Assembly: GCA_025558095.1 (NCBI GenBank)
Contig: JAIVFI010000021.1
Location: forward strand, 620,001-684,000
Direction of reading: 5' to 3'
DNA: 64,000 nt
Origin: Hyaloraphidium curvatum SAG 235-1
Taxonomy: Eukaryota > Fungi > Monoblepharomycota
The notes under the pieces were generated by a model that saw only the letters and a program-made list of their open reading frames with translations, had not been told where the DNA came from and made no database searches. The position numbers were made by a program, and so were the translations under genes. Shown one piece after another: positions 11,115 to 24,000 of the stretch; position 1 is the stretch's first letter; the number at the start of each line of letters is the position of its first letter.

Positions 11115-14100
11115 TCACCCCTCGAACTGCGCCAAGCTCAACGTGAGAACCTTGCTGGAGTTCGTGTCTTGATCCCGGTAGACGCCAACCAGGGCTTGCG
11201 CCTTCTGGTACATTGTGTTCTTGAGGGAAATGACGACGAACTGGAACTCCGGTGAGGCGTGTTTCGTGATGTACTGGGCGACCTTGTTGACGTTGTTGTT
11301 ATCAAGTGCCGCGTCGACCTCGTCCAAAACGAAGAATGGCGCGGGTTGGTAGCTAGCACGTCCGGCTCAAGATCATGCAACGATGGAGGGTAAGAGCGCA
11401 GCTCACCTGTGGATTGCAAGCAGAAGTGCCAACGCGGCCACGGTCTTTTCGCCGCCGGAGAGCTGCTCCATTTCGCGGAATCGCTTGCTTGGCGGCATGG
11501 CGTGGTACTTGATTCCGCTCAGGTACGGCTCCTGTGAAACCGGGCGTCAAGAACGACCACTCGCCCCGACGCACCCGATCTACCTCGCTATCCTCCAAAC
11601 TCAGATAAGCCGTGCCCCCGAGCGGGAATGCTTTCGTTTTGGTGAGTTCCTTGTAGATGCCGTCGATCTTTTCCGAGATGTGGTTGTATGCCGCAATGAA
11701 ACGCTGGTACCGCTCGTGTTTAAGGTCGTTAAACTTCTGCTTGGCCGCCTGCGCATCCTTCCTCGCTTGCTCAAACTCTTCGGCCGAATGCCTGAGTTTG
11801 TTCTCGACGTCCTCCAACCTGATGTTTCGAACCGTCCAGTCAGCGTGAGCGACATCGGCGCGGTGGCTCCTTACTTGTCTATTGCCTTCATGTTCGGCGC
11901 CGCTTGTTCAATGTCTGCGGTGAGGATCTTGATCTGATCCTGAAAATGAGCTTCCCGAGACGCCGACCCATCCTGAAGAGGACATGTAATGAGCTTCGCC
12001 ATTGGGAAGCACCTGTTCAGTCGCGACCTTCCTATGCTCCCTCGAAAGGATCGAAAAGTCGATCTGAATCTCCAGGTCCTTCGATGCTTTGGACACGTCG
12101 TCAATCTCCATTGAGTCGGGTTCTCCATCCTGCGAAGCGTGAGAACATGCAGGGGTTCCACCCCACCGCAACTCACGTCCACGTAGCGTAGGGGGAGATC
12201 TTCCAAAGAGCCCGAGGACAAAGGCAGCTTGATATTCTCGAGCTTGCACTTTTGCAGGATACCAAACTTCTCGCCGTTGAGGCGTTCGATCGCACTTTCC
12301 TGTGGCCGATGGCAACGGTTCGTTCGACGCAAACCGAGACGTTCTGGCTCCCTACTTTGTCCGCTATCCGTTTTGCCATAGCGTCCAGCTCCTTTTGCTT
12401 TGCAGAGGCGGCACGCCTGAACTCCTCAACAAGGCTGGATCGCACTGTGTGCGCGGAGGTCAAGGTTTGAAGCTGCTCTCCCAGCTCTTCAAGCTGGGCC
12501 TCCGCGAGCGCGATTTGCTCCGCTGCGGCTAGGCGCAGGGATTCCTGTTCCGAAAGGGCCTTCGTGTCCTCAATCATCGTTGCGGATATTCTTGCCAGCG
12601 ACTCTCCGATCTCCCTTTGGCGATCGCGCAAAAGGTCGAGCCTGGAAGCACGGGATCGTAAACTGTTCTTAGCAAACGATCGTCCCCACTGACTGCATCT
12701 GTATCTTGGCCTTGTGCGTCGCAAAATCGGTCCGGCGCTTGCTTGCTTCCTGTGCCATCTTGCCTTGCTTTTCCTCCAACTCCCGCACATTTTCTACCTT
12801 GAGCTTCCGGCACAATGGGGCAAAAGCCTTGTCTTCCACTTTGCGAATGCGCAGTTCGACCTGGGAGACTTCCTCATCCACCTGTTCAGCCGAGCTGTCC
12901 ATCTGCGATCGTTGGGAAGTAAGACAACCAGGCTGGGCGATTGCTGCCGTACCCCGCACCTCGGCAAGGTCAGCGCTCTTTTGTGCTATCTCAGACCTGA
13001 GGTGCGTCAGCTCATCGACGATACCAACATGCTTGCGGGACAGGGCGTTCTGTACGTGATCGATGTCAACGAAGGAGTACCGGCCACCGATGCGAGGAAG
13101 ATTCACCACTGAGTCACGCAAGTTCCGAACTGCTGATGTGAGCGAAGCAGCATGCATCCGTGATTCATCTCCGTCCTGCAACGCCCGCCCTTTGGCTTGC
13201 ACGTCCGCAAGCTGGTTGATAAGACTCTCTTTGACCTTGCGCCATCCTGCTATTCGTCAGATCTGTGGTCAAGGGCTCGATAAGCGGAGCGCACCTTCAA
13301 GCTCCTTTTCCTCCCATCGCAAGGCTTGGTTCCCGCCAAGCTGCCCACCCGTGATCATACCGCTCTTGTGAATCAGCGTTCCATCCAGGCTAACAGCCTT
13401 GATCTCGAGGTTCTGGTCGTAGCAGAGGCTTTTCGCGATGGCCAAGGTATCGCACACCATAGCACTGGCGCAAGAGTACTGGATAGCGGTGACGAGCTTG
13501 GAATCGTAAGTCAAAACGTCCATGGCAAGGCGTGCGCCTTTGCCCAACGACCTTTCGCAAGGCGCAGGGCGTCAACAGTAGGATTGGCCAGAGCCGCCAA
13601 GAAGAATGCCCACCGAAGTCGCTCATCCACTGGCTTCACTTGCAGAGTGTCCAACGGGAGGAACGTAAACTGCCCCACCCTCTGCTCGCGAAGATACTGA
13701 ATGCATTCCAGGGCGGTCTTTTGGTCGTCGACAACAACCGCATCCGCATTCCTTCCGAGAACGACGGAAACAGCAAGGTCGTACTCCCGCTTGACAGGCC
13801 TGCACAGGTCAGCCATTCGCCCGTGAACCCCCGGGAACACGCGCTGAAGGGTTTCCAAAGATTGTCTCGTCCTTTGTTCCTTCTCGCTCTCCCTCTTGCC
13901 CAAGCGCGCCCCGTCGAGCTTGCTTTGCACATCGCGGAGTTTGTCCATAAGCTCGGCTTCGGAATGGCTGACCCGGAACGCAGGATAAGGGAAGGCATGA
14001 AGAGAAGAAAGGCAAACGTGCTCACCCCAACTCTTCGCGTTCCTTTGCGCAAGTCTCCGCCATTACGAGCGAGCGATTGAGCTCCTCCTCCTTCAATCGG

Positions 14101-15930
14101 AGCTCCTCGGCAGCCTTGGGTACTGTCAGCGGGCCCACCGTTCGCATAGGCACCAAATGCACACCTTCTCCTGTTTCCGCGAGACAGATGCTTCGTTCTC
14201 TTCCAAACGGTCCTTTCTCGCAAGGAGGTCGTCCAGTTTGCGCTTGAGACGGTCCCGCGGTTCTTTCAGAACTTCCAGACGACGTTTCAGGGTGTCCAAG
14301 GCATCCCGATCCTCCACCGTCTTCGCGAGCACCTGTTCCTTGCTGAGGGTGAAAACCACGGCTGGAGCGCCGGCGCGATAGGAACAACGTCGCAGGGAAC
14401 CAACAGTTTGTTCAGCTCCGCAAGAATCGACTCCTCCAAAGCCGTTCCTTCCTTCCTCGTCTTCGCCGCCAAATCCGCTGGCCAACAAAGGCAATGTCAG
14501 ACCCAATTGCGACGAATCCATTCACAAGAATGCACCTTCAAACTTATCTTCAGCCCTCCCGACGTCCTCGATTTCTCGCCGAAAATCGGATATCTCTGCT
14601 TCCGTCCGCGCAGCATCCTTCCTTGTTCGCTTCTCGTTCGTCTCTGCGGCATCGATCTTGCGCTGCAAATGTCGAATCTTTTCCTCGTATCCGACCACGA
14701 CCGGCCGCTGAAAACCATCTCAACGAGACGGCACACGGATGCGCAATTCATCAGACCTTGCCGTCCACCTGCTTCCTCTTTTGAGCGATGTCCTTCTCAA
14801 GTTTGCCGATCGACTTGCTGGATTGCGCATGATCCCGCTTCGATTCCTTGAGCTTCTCTTCAGCCTCCCCCTGGAGGCAATCCGCGCAGTGCGTCAGCAA
14901 CCGTTGGACCGCGCCATCGAAAGCCTGTCTGACCTTGGAGTTTTGGATCTTGGCCAGAGCCTCCCGATCCAATTCGACATCCGCTTCGATCCGCTCGATT
15001 CCGTTCTGGATGTGAAATATCTTCCACAGCAGGTGCTGCACCACCAGATCTGACTGGAGCGGCGGCCCAAGAGCTCGGCTCAATTACTCCAGAGGCGCGG
15101 AGCGAGCCGCTCACCAGCTCCTGTTTCATGCGCTCAAAACGCTCGGCCTCCTCTTTTTGCTCGCGAAACTGCTTCATCTCGGCCGCGATGCCGCGCTTCT
15201 TATTGAAATTGAACGTCGAGTTCTCCGCCGCCCGCTCCTGGAGGACTTTAAGGCGCTCGTGCTCCGCTTTCAGCTCATAGCTGCCAGATATCTGCTCAAT
15301 GAGCTTCGTGAGGTCCTTGGGAGACTGCGACGCCACGGCTTCGACGTCTCCCTGGAAGACCAGGAAGTTCCGGGCCTTGACAAGGATGTTCTGCTCTTCC
15401 AGTTTTGCATTGTAGTCTTCGAAGCGCACCGGTCGTCCATTGATCCGGTACTCGGAGGCGCCGCGGACGTTGACGCTAGCGGAAGCAACGTGGTCAATCC
15501 CGGGCCCAGGGGTGAGGAGAACCGTTGGCGCACGTCCGCATGAACTGTATCTCCTCGCCGCTCGACGTCTCGTAAATTGCCGTGACAGACGCCCTCTGCG
15601 GGTTGTTTTCGTTCTCGTACGCCCCGTCCGGATCCCCGTCCTCCTCTGCCGCGTCGTCCCCGGTCCTGGTGGTCCTGTCGCGGTACACCAGATCCCGCAG
15701 CTGGGAAGATCTCAGCTGTGCGGACTTGACGCCCAGGACGAAGCTGATGGCGTCCATGAGGTTGGATTTCCCTGAGGAGACGGAGTTCGGTCCGGCCGTC
15801 CCGCTGCCACCGACCGCAGGCACCCACCGGCGCCATTGGGACCGATGACGCAGGTGAAATCCACAAAGGGCCCGATCACTTGGCGCCCCTTGTAGGACTT
15901 GAAGTTCTCCACCTCGAGCCGGACCAGCAT
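11115..15930 (-). CDS. SMC1: Cohesin SMC1, multi-exon
   Basis: [53 protein letters not shown], hinge FPGVHGR...[23 protein letters not shown]...QFVVISLK. Confidence 0.97.
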
Positions 15931-16061
15931 GTTCGACCTCGCTCCTGGGGACCGCCGTCACTTTTTGAATAAGTTAAGGCGCGCGCGGGGCGCCACTGGT
16001 CCACTGTATCTGGCCCCAACGCCACCGAACTCCCCGCGTCGTCGCGAGACCCTGGGACGAA

Positions 16062-17285
16062 ATGGCAGCCTCCGCGCGCGGAATGAACGACCAGGAGGTC
16101 CAGCAGGTGCGGCGGTCCGCAGACCCGCGATGCTTTGCACGACAGCTCACCGCGCCCCGGTGCCACCCCAGGAGATGAGCAAGATGGTGCGCAAACCGCC
16201 GGCCATCGCGCTCTGCCGCGCCACCAGCGGTGGCCTAATGCTGTTGCCGGTACCAGGTGACCTTCATCAAGCAGGAAGCGCTGGAAAAGGCGCGCGAGAT
16301 CAAGGTCAAGGTGCGCCCCGTCCCCCGCTCGCTATCCGCGTTCCGCAACTGACACATGTGTCGAACTTCAGGCCGACGAAGAGTTTAATATCGAGAAGGT
16401 GCGGAGCTGCGGCGTTTGCGGGCCTGGAAACGCCATGTGACGGTCGGCATTCCCTGTCCGACCCGACCGTCGGCAGGCCAAGCTTGTCCGGCAAGAGACC
16501 CTCAACATCGAGGCGTTTTACCAGAAGAAGCAAAAGCAGGCGGAGGTGCAGAAGAGGATGTGGGTGGAAGGTGCCTGGCTCGTTTCGAACCCCCCCGCAA
16601 GACGGAGACCCCGCGTACAGCACTCAGTCGACACACGTCAACAAGTCGCGCCTGAGGCTCCTACAAAGCCGCCAGCAGCTGCTTAACCAGCTCAACGAGG
16701 AGGCGAAGAAGAAGCTTTTTGAGATTTCTCAAGACCGGGCAAAGTACCAAGCCCTGCTCAAGGACTTGATCCTCCAGGTGCCTCGCCTTGGGACGCGGAT
16801 CGCAGGCCCCCGTCTGAACTTGTCATTCTCCAACGTCCTCGCGTACAGGGCATGTATCAGCTGATGGAGGAGCAGGTCTCAATTCAGTGCCGAACCGCGG
16901 ACGTTCCGCTGGTCGAGGCTGCCGTGGCGGATGCAGCGAAAGCCTGCGCGGAGAATCTAAAGATTCAGGTCAAGGCGGTGATCGACAAAGAGAACCCGCT
17001 GCCAGAAACGAGGTCCGTTGTTCACCATGGTGATGGCGTTTGGCCGCTTGGCAACTCAACATTCCATGCTTCTTTACAGCGCCGGTGGGGTTGTTCTGTA
17101 TGGATTGGGTGACCGCATCCGATGTGCAAACACTTTGGAAAACCGGCTCGAGATGCTGACACAGAAGGTGAGCGCTCATGATGGGCTTCCCGGGCGCAGG
17201 TCCGATTGCTGCTCCGCGCCAGATGCTCCCGGACATGCGCATCCTGCTCTTCGGAGTTTCCGAGAACCGGTCGTTCTACAAGTGA
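16062..17285 (+). CDS. VMA4: V-type ATPase subunit E, many short exons
   Basis: MNDQEVQQ|EMSKM|VTFIKQEALEKAREIKVK|ADEEFNIEK|AKLVRQE...NKSRLRLLQSR...GGVVL...NTLENRL...MRILLFG..ENRSFYK. Confidence 0.95.
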
Positions 17286-17537
17286 GTTCTTCTGCGCTTC
17301 GTGGGATTCGTGCATTGAACGCCGCGACTGTGGCAGCTGAACGATCGATCTCCATGTCGCCTTCTGGAGGGGAATGCAGTTTCGCTGCCGATGTTTTCGG
17401 CTGTTCCTGATAGATAGATTCTTTGACAGCTGCAGATGGTTCAGTGCGGTTCGGTGCACGAGACATGATGAGATAAGTCCGAGTCCGCAGCAGCAGGTCC
17501 CGTCGGTCCCGTACGGCGAACACGCGTTCAGAACACG

Positions 17538-18845
17538 ATGAGCGACAAAGGCACGAGCTCGCAACCACAGCATTTCCTGCAGTTGAAGGTCATGCGTTTG
17601 AGTCGTTCGACATTCATTTCGGAGGCCGGATCCGAAATGGGGACGGACGCGGCTCCCGTCTGGCTTCCGAGCTCGTTCGGCAACATCTACCTGGGGGAAA
17701 CGTTCTCCTCATACCTATGCCTCTGCAACGAGTACCCTGTTTCTGTTTCCGACGTTGCCCTCCGTGCGGAGCTCCAGACATCGTCGCACCGGGTCACCCT
17801 GATGGATTCGGGGGTCGCTGACACCCCCGGGACGTTGCCATCGCATGTCGGCATGGTCCCAGACGGAGCGGCATCACGGCTGAGGCGCAGCGGTCTTTCT
17901 CGCGCGTCGGAAGGTCCCCTGGATAATGCCGAGGCAGGCGCTGCAGGTGCGGATACCGGGTTGGACCTTCGCCCAGGCGAGACGGCGGAATGCTCGATAT
18001 CACACGAGATCAAAGAGTTGGGCACGCACATCCTCGTGTGTTCGGCGCAGTACACGCTGGACCAGGAGAGGCGCTTCTTCCGCAAGTTCTACAAGTTCCA
18101 GGTCCTGAACCCTCTTTCAGTTCGGACAAAGGTCAATGCGCTCGCGGACGGGACCGGCTTTCTGGAGGCCCAAGTTCAGAATGCTCACGTCGGTGGCATG
18201 CTGTTTGATCGCATCGCTCTGGACCCGGCAGTGCAATTCTGGTCCCGGGAGGTTGCCGCGGAGGCAAATGCGTCCCACTCGCAGGGCGAACATCCCTGGA
18301 AGCGGAGGCTCGAATGGGATGCAGGTCCTTTCCCGCTCTTGCCTCAGGATGTTCGCCAGCTGTTGTTTGTCTTGCATCCCCGGAGATCGGTCGATGGTGC
18401 AGTATCGTCCCCGAGCACATCCCTGGGAAAGTTGGACATTTCTTGGATCACTCCCGTCGGAGGTCAAGGGCGGCTTCAGACTTCCCAGCTCGTGCGCAAG
18501 CTTCCGTTGGCCGTGGGCATCGAGATGACGGTTCGTGACGTGGAGCCCAGCTGTGTAGTGTCCGTGGGAAGCACGATCCTGTGCCGACTGCGGCTGCGGA
18601 ACAATACTTCCGATGCGATGGACGTCGCGGTCGATGGCCCACGCCATAGGCCCGCTGGTCTCGTTATCCTGGGCCCTGTGACGTCGGACATTGGCGTTGT
18701 GGAGCCCGGGCAAGAACGGGAAATCACAATGACGTTGTGCGCCCTGGCACCCGGATTGCACGCCATCGGACCGATGTCGGCTAAAGACCGGTTATCAGGG
18801 GTATCTAGGGAAATCGATTCCGTCGCCGACATTCTGGTGACCTAG
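17538..18845 (+). CDS. TRAPPC13: TRAPP complex subunit 13 (DUF974 family), intronless
   Basis: HFLQLKVMRLSR, LPSSFGNIYLGETFSSY, HEIKELGTHILVC, FRKFYKFQVLNPLSVRTK, LGKLDISW...GRLQTSQL. Confidence 0.93.
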   Translation: MSDKGTSSQPQHFLQLKVMRLSRSTFISEAGSEMGTDAAPVWLPSSFGNIYLGETFSSYLCLCNEYPVSVSDVALRAELQTSSHRVTLMDSGVADTPGTLPSHVGMVPDGAASRLRRSGLSRASEGPLDNAEAGAAGADTGLDLRPGETAECSISHEIKELGTHILVCSAQYTLDQERRFFRKFYKFQVLNPLSVRTKVNALADGTGFLEAQVQNAHVGGMLFDRIALDPAVQFWSREVAAEANASHSQGEHPWKRRLEWDAGPFPLLPQDVRQLLFVLHPRRSVDGAVSSPSTSLGKLDISWITPVGGQGRLQTSQLVRKLPLAVGIEMTVRDVEPSCVVSVGSTILCRLRLRNNTSDAMDVAVDGPRHRPAGLVILGPVTSDIGVVEPGQEREITMTLCALAPGLHAIGPMSAKDRLSGVSREIDSVADILVT

Positions 18846-18858
18846 CATTGGCCGTGGC

Positions 18859-19915
18859 TTAGTCTTGCCGTGCTGCTGGAGGGTTCAGTGACGGTCAGGC
18901 CTCGGCGCGGCCGCGCTGCTCACCTTTGAGTTCACGTGTGATGACTGCATCTGGCGTTCTAGTTGTCACGGTGTGTGTTAGGTGGAAGCCCGTACGAGGC
19001 AAAGCAGCCGACGTCCATACATTACGTATACCATCGCGCCCCAACCGCTCAAGGCGTCACGGTCCTGTGCGTTCAGGAGCGTCTGGGAAATGACCTCGAA
19101 CAGCTCCTCAGGTTCCTGCAAAAGGTTCCGGTAACCGACGCAACCTCAGCGGACACGGATCACACACCAAGTCGGGTTCCCACAGGCTCTCCGCCATGCC
19201 GTAAAGCTGCTGCCCGGCAGTGCCCGAGACGATGAAGTCTTTGGCAAAGTTCAAGGCCCCGATAAGGTCCATCCCGCAAACAAAGGGGGTACCGTCCCGC
19301 TCCAGACCCGCGATGACCGGCTCGCAGAAGTAAGGGCCAAACCTAGACCCGGTTAGGAGTTGCGGTGGCGGAGGACGCGCATCAATCATACCTCCTCTCG
19401 TAAAGCGTGGAAGCCACCATGTGAGCAAAAGTCTTCGGGCTGATTTCGCGTTCCTCCTTCAACTGGTAGATATTGACCTTGTACTGGAATCGCTCAGATC
19501 TGCTCCCCAGGATGAGACGTTTCCCAGATCACGACGTGGCACGTCACTGACAAGGTCTGGACGTCCGTTGCCAAGCCAGAAAGCCCGTAGAACAACCTCG
19601 GATGCACTTCGAACACCTTCTTGAAGTCCATTGAAACCGTCTGGCCCTGGATCCCGAATCTGCGGTCCGAGGCAATGGCCACGCAGCCCTTGCCCTTCAT
19701 GGCTGCAAACGCGTGAGACAGGCGGAGAAACGCGGCGCAGCGTGAAAGCAGAGCCCACCGACGAGCGCCGAGCCGTTGTACTGCCGTGGCGGTTGAGGCC
19801 GCGTCCGCGCACTCGTCGAAAGCTCTCACCTCCATGATCGACTGTATTGCCACGCCGCGCAGACCGAGAACACGATGAGCTACGATGGCAGAACCACAAC
19901 GCGGAGAATCACCAT
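18859..19915 (-). CDS. PUP3: 20S proteasome subunit beta 3, multi-exon; ATG-only first exon
   Basis: M|SIME|YNGSALV|[17 protein letters not shown]...[11 protein letters not shown]...[14 protein letters not shown]...[13 protein letters not shown]|[26 protein letters not shown]. Confidence 0.95.
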
Positions 19916-20085
19916 CTTGGGCCGATGGTCTCGGAAACCGTGGTTGCGCGTGCGAGGTCAGTAACGCGTCGCACGCGCGCGCGCGCGTGAAGCTCTGGGG
20001 CCGCCGACTACCCCTGGCTACCCCTGGCCGCCTCTGGCCTCGTTGCCATACTGCATCCACAGACACCCAGTAGTTGGAGGCATTC

Positions 20086-20699
20086 ATGGTGCGGCTCGTC
20101 CTTCCTGCATTTCCCGACGGCTTTGAGAATTGCTCGACGTAACCTGGCTTCCCTCGCGTCCCCCGCGATACGCGACACAAGTCGGATGTGGAAGAGACCA
20201 TAAAGAGGCTTTCGTCGTACAAGGGGGTCGAGGGTACAGTTCCTCCGCGGCTGGACTGAGAACGCCTTGACGCAACCCAGGGATCGTGATCGTAAACCAC
20301 GAAGGAATTCCCATCCGGTCAACGATTGCGGACCAGAATCTTACCATTCAGTACGCGGGCTTGGTCACGCAGCTGGCAGACCGATCGCGCAGCCTGGTCC
20401 GGGATCTGGATCCCCAAGTACGTTGCGCAGTGCCCTGCCACGTTGTCTCTCGATCGTGACACCATGCCGGTCAGAATGAGTTGAGTTTTCTGCGGCTCAG
20501 GACTCTGAAGCACGAGATCATGATCGCTCCAGGTGCGCGCAGTTATTGTCCTTCGAGGGGAGAGCTGACGTCTTGCTCGCGAAGACAAAGACTATACCCT
20601 CATCGTGCGTGCGCTTCCGGTGAACATCTTCGCTTCAGACGTTGACCTGCAACACGACGTGCTTGCTTATCCTCCGAATAGGTGATTCAATCTCCTTAG
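20086..20699 (+). CDS. DYNLRB: Dynein light chain roadblock/LC7, about 6 exons; absent from the ORF track
   Basis: Spliced M|[17 protein letters not shown]|[46 protein letters not shown]|[19 protein letters not shown]|DKDYTLI|VIQSP*. Confidence 0.92.
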
Positions 20700-21059
20700 C
20701 TTGGAAGAGAGCTTCTGCAATTGGTGCCGGGGTTTGGACGAGGATGCACTTGTAATGACGGGATTCGGTAGCTATCAGTGTATTGATGGGCCAAAGTTGA
20801 TTGAACCCGGCAGCTGCGTGGTTCATGGAGTAGGCACCTAGATGGGGCCAACGCCGGCGCCGCGGCGCTACACAAACACTCAACCTCGAAGCTTCGCGAC
20901 TCCGCTCACCCGTGCGCCACTCTCCGAGCGACAGAGCGCATCACTGCGAGCAGTACACTCAAACGTACTCCGAAGGCCCGGCGGCGCGCGGGCGGATCCC
21001 ATTGGCCGGGACGGGGGAGGTGTCAAACAAGCGGCACGAACCAGCCTGGCCCGCCGACC

Positions 21060-24000
21060 ATGGACGACCACACCGTTCCCTCGCCTCTGGGGGAGCGTGT
21101 TATTCCATTTCAGGCCGCAGTCAATGTCGCGCATGACGTAGCCCAGGCGAACTGGAGGTGCGGCAGGTGACGGCACCTTGGAAGTGAAGGCCGCTTATTG
21201 CTTTACCGCAGCCAAAAGACCTGGGTATGGATTCCGGACAAGCAGCAAGTCTACGTGATGGCCCACGTCAAAGACATACGCGGGGAGTTTTGTACAGTGG
21301 CGCTGGAGAATGGGGAGGTGGGTTGGGACGGCCACGGCAGGTTCGGATGGTTCCTGACCTCTTCCACACAGGAACGAGACATAAGGGTCGACGACACCGA
21401 GAAGTGCAACCCTCCCAAGTTCGACAAAGTCGAAGACATGGCCGACCTTACGTACCTCAACGAGCCCTCGGTCGTACACAATTTGCGACTCCGCTACTAT
21501 TCCAACATGATCTACGTTAGTCTGCGCCAAGGCATTCGGGGCCAACATTGAACGCATTCCCTAGACATATTCTGGCCTCTTCCTTGTGGCGATTAACCCC
21601 TACAGGGCCCTCCCAATCTACTCGGAGAAGCAGGTCGCGGCCTACAGGTCCAAGAGGCGCAACGAGGTGCCGCCGCACATCTTTGCCGTGGCCGACAATG
21701 CCTATCAGGACATGGTGACGAACCGGGAGAACCAGAGTATTCTCATCACGTGAGTCGCCTCGTTTCGTCGGCGGATGCCCCATTGTGACTCGGTGTTAGT
21801 GGAGAATCTGGCGCAGGAAAGACAGAGAACACCAAGAAAGTCATTCAGTATCTCACTGCCATTGCCTCGGATCGTTTGAATGCCAGCGAATCCGTCACCC
21901 TTGAGGCCAAGATCCTCCAAGCCAACCCGCTTTTGGAATCGTTCGGAAATGCTCAGACGATCCGAAACAACAACTCCTCCCGCTTCGTGGGTCTAGATGA
22001 GCGAACTGTCGTCGGAAGATACTAATCATTCATGCAGGGCAAGTTCATCCGGATTGAATTCAGCGGTTCGGGATCCATAGCCGGAGCCAACATCGAGCGC
22101 TACCTTTTGGAGAAATCCAGGGTTACGCACCAAACGTCGAAGGAGCGCAATTTCCACATATTTTACCAGCTTCTCTGTGGGGCCGACAGTGACTTGCGCG
22201 GTGAGTTTTCATGCTCTTGCTTTCGCTAGCCGCTCAACCATTCCTCAGCCAAGTTACTGCTCGACGGCAATGCATCGGACTACCAGTACACAAAGCATTC
22301 CAGCAAGACAATTCCGGACGTCGACGATGCCCACGATTTTGGAGACCTTCTCAGCTCGATGGAAGTCATGGGTTTCGGCAAGCACGAGATATTTGACACT
22401 CTGCGCATCGTTTCTTCGATCCTCCACCTCGGAAACATACGTCCCTCTTCGGGGCGGGATGATCAAGCCCAGCTCGCCGATACTTCGTCCGTCGAAAGAG
22501 TTTGCCACCTCCTCGGAATGAACGTCACAGCTTTCGTGAAGGCGCTGCTGAAGCCTCAGATCCGGGCCGGAAAGGAGTCTGTCGTACAACACCGAAGCTG
22601 TGAACAAGTCCTCTACTCCGTCGAGGCCCTCGCTCGTGGCATGTACGAACGCTTGTTCAGCTGGCTTGTGGACAGGATCAATGCGGCTCTTGATCGGCCG
22701 AGTCCGAGAAACAAGTTCATCGGGGTTCTCGACATTGCCGGGTTCGAAATCTTTCAGGTGAAGCGCCGTTGCTGGCGCATACTGTGCTCGCTAGACCCAC
22801 GATCTACGCTTTGCAGAGAAACTCGTTCGAGCAGCTTCTCATCAACTACACAAACGAGAAACTCCAGCAGTTCTTCAACCATCACATGTTCGTGCTCGAG
22901 CAAGAGGAGTACAAGCAGGAGAACATTGAATGGCAGTTCATCGATTTCGGTTTGGATCTACAACCCACGATAGACCTGATCGAGAAGTCGACGGTGGGCT
23001 TCCAAAGCAGTTCAGCGTTGCCGCTCCCTGATGCAGCCTGCAGCCTGTCGGGATCCTCTCTTGCCTTGACGAGGAGTGTGTCTTTCCGCAAGCCACGGAC
23101 CGCACATTCACCGAGAAGCTGAACACGTTGTGGAAGGGCAAGTCGACCAAGTATGAGACGCCGAAGCTGCCCGGCCAATCCTTCACGCTGCAACATTACG
23201 CGGCAAGAGTCGAATATTCCACGGCCGGTTGGCTGGACAAGAACAAGGATCCGCTGAACGAGAACATTACAAATCTCCTTGCCGCTTCTTCGGAGCCTTT
23301 CGTTGCTTCCATGTTTGCCGATTGCGTCGGCGACGCCGAGGAAAACTTCGCTGTTCGGAGATCGATCGTGAAGAAAGGCGCATTCAGGACGGTCGCACAG
23401 CGTCATAAGGAGCAGCTCATGACCCTCATGGCCCGGTTGCACGAAACGGAGCCTCATTTTGTGCGCTGCATCCTTCCCAATGAGGACAAGAAGGCCGGAA
23501 AGCTCGACACCGGCCTCGTGCTTGATCAGCTCCGCTGCAACGGCGTGCTTGAGGGCATTCGCATCTGCCGGGCTGGCTTCCCGAACAGACTGCCTTTTGC
23601 TGACTTCCGTGGCCGCTACGAAGTTCTGTGTCCCAGGGCGATACCTTCTGGCTTCGTTGACGGCCGCCAAGCGGCTGAGCGGCTCCTCGATGGCCTGCTG
23701 CTTGCGCAAAACCAGTACCGGCTCGGAACGAGCAAAGTGTTCTTCCGCGCTGGTGTGGTAAGTAGATTCTGCGAGAGTACGTAAGGTCACGGTGTTCATC
23801 GATTTTGCGCAGCTCGCAGATCTCGAAGAACGGCGGGACCACCAATTGTCTGCGATATTCACTCGTGTCCAGGCGATTTGGCGCGGATACATCGCCAGGA
23901 AGCGCTTCACCCGACGAGTCCTGCAGCTTCGTGCAATCAAGGTAATTCAGAAAAACTCGAGGATCTATGTCCAGCTCCGGGAATGGCTGTGGTGGCGGTT

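Noticed and set aside
20589-20600. U3 snoRNA-like start AAGACTATAC
   Set aside because: It lies in the roadblock coding exon DKDYTL, and no U3 boxes follow.
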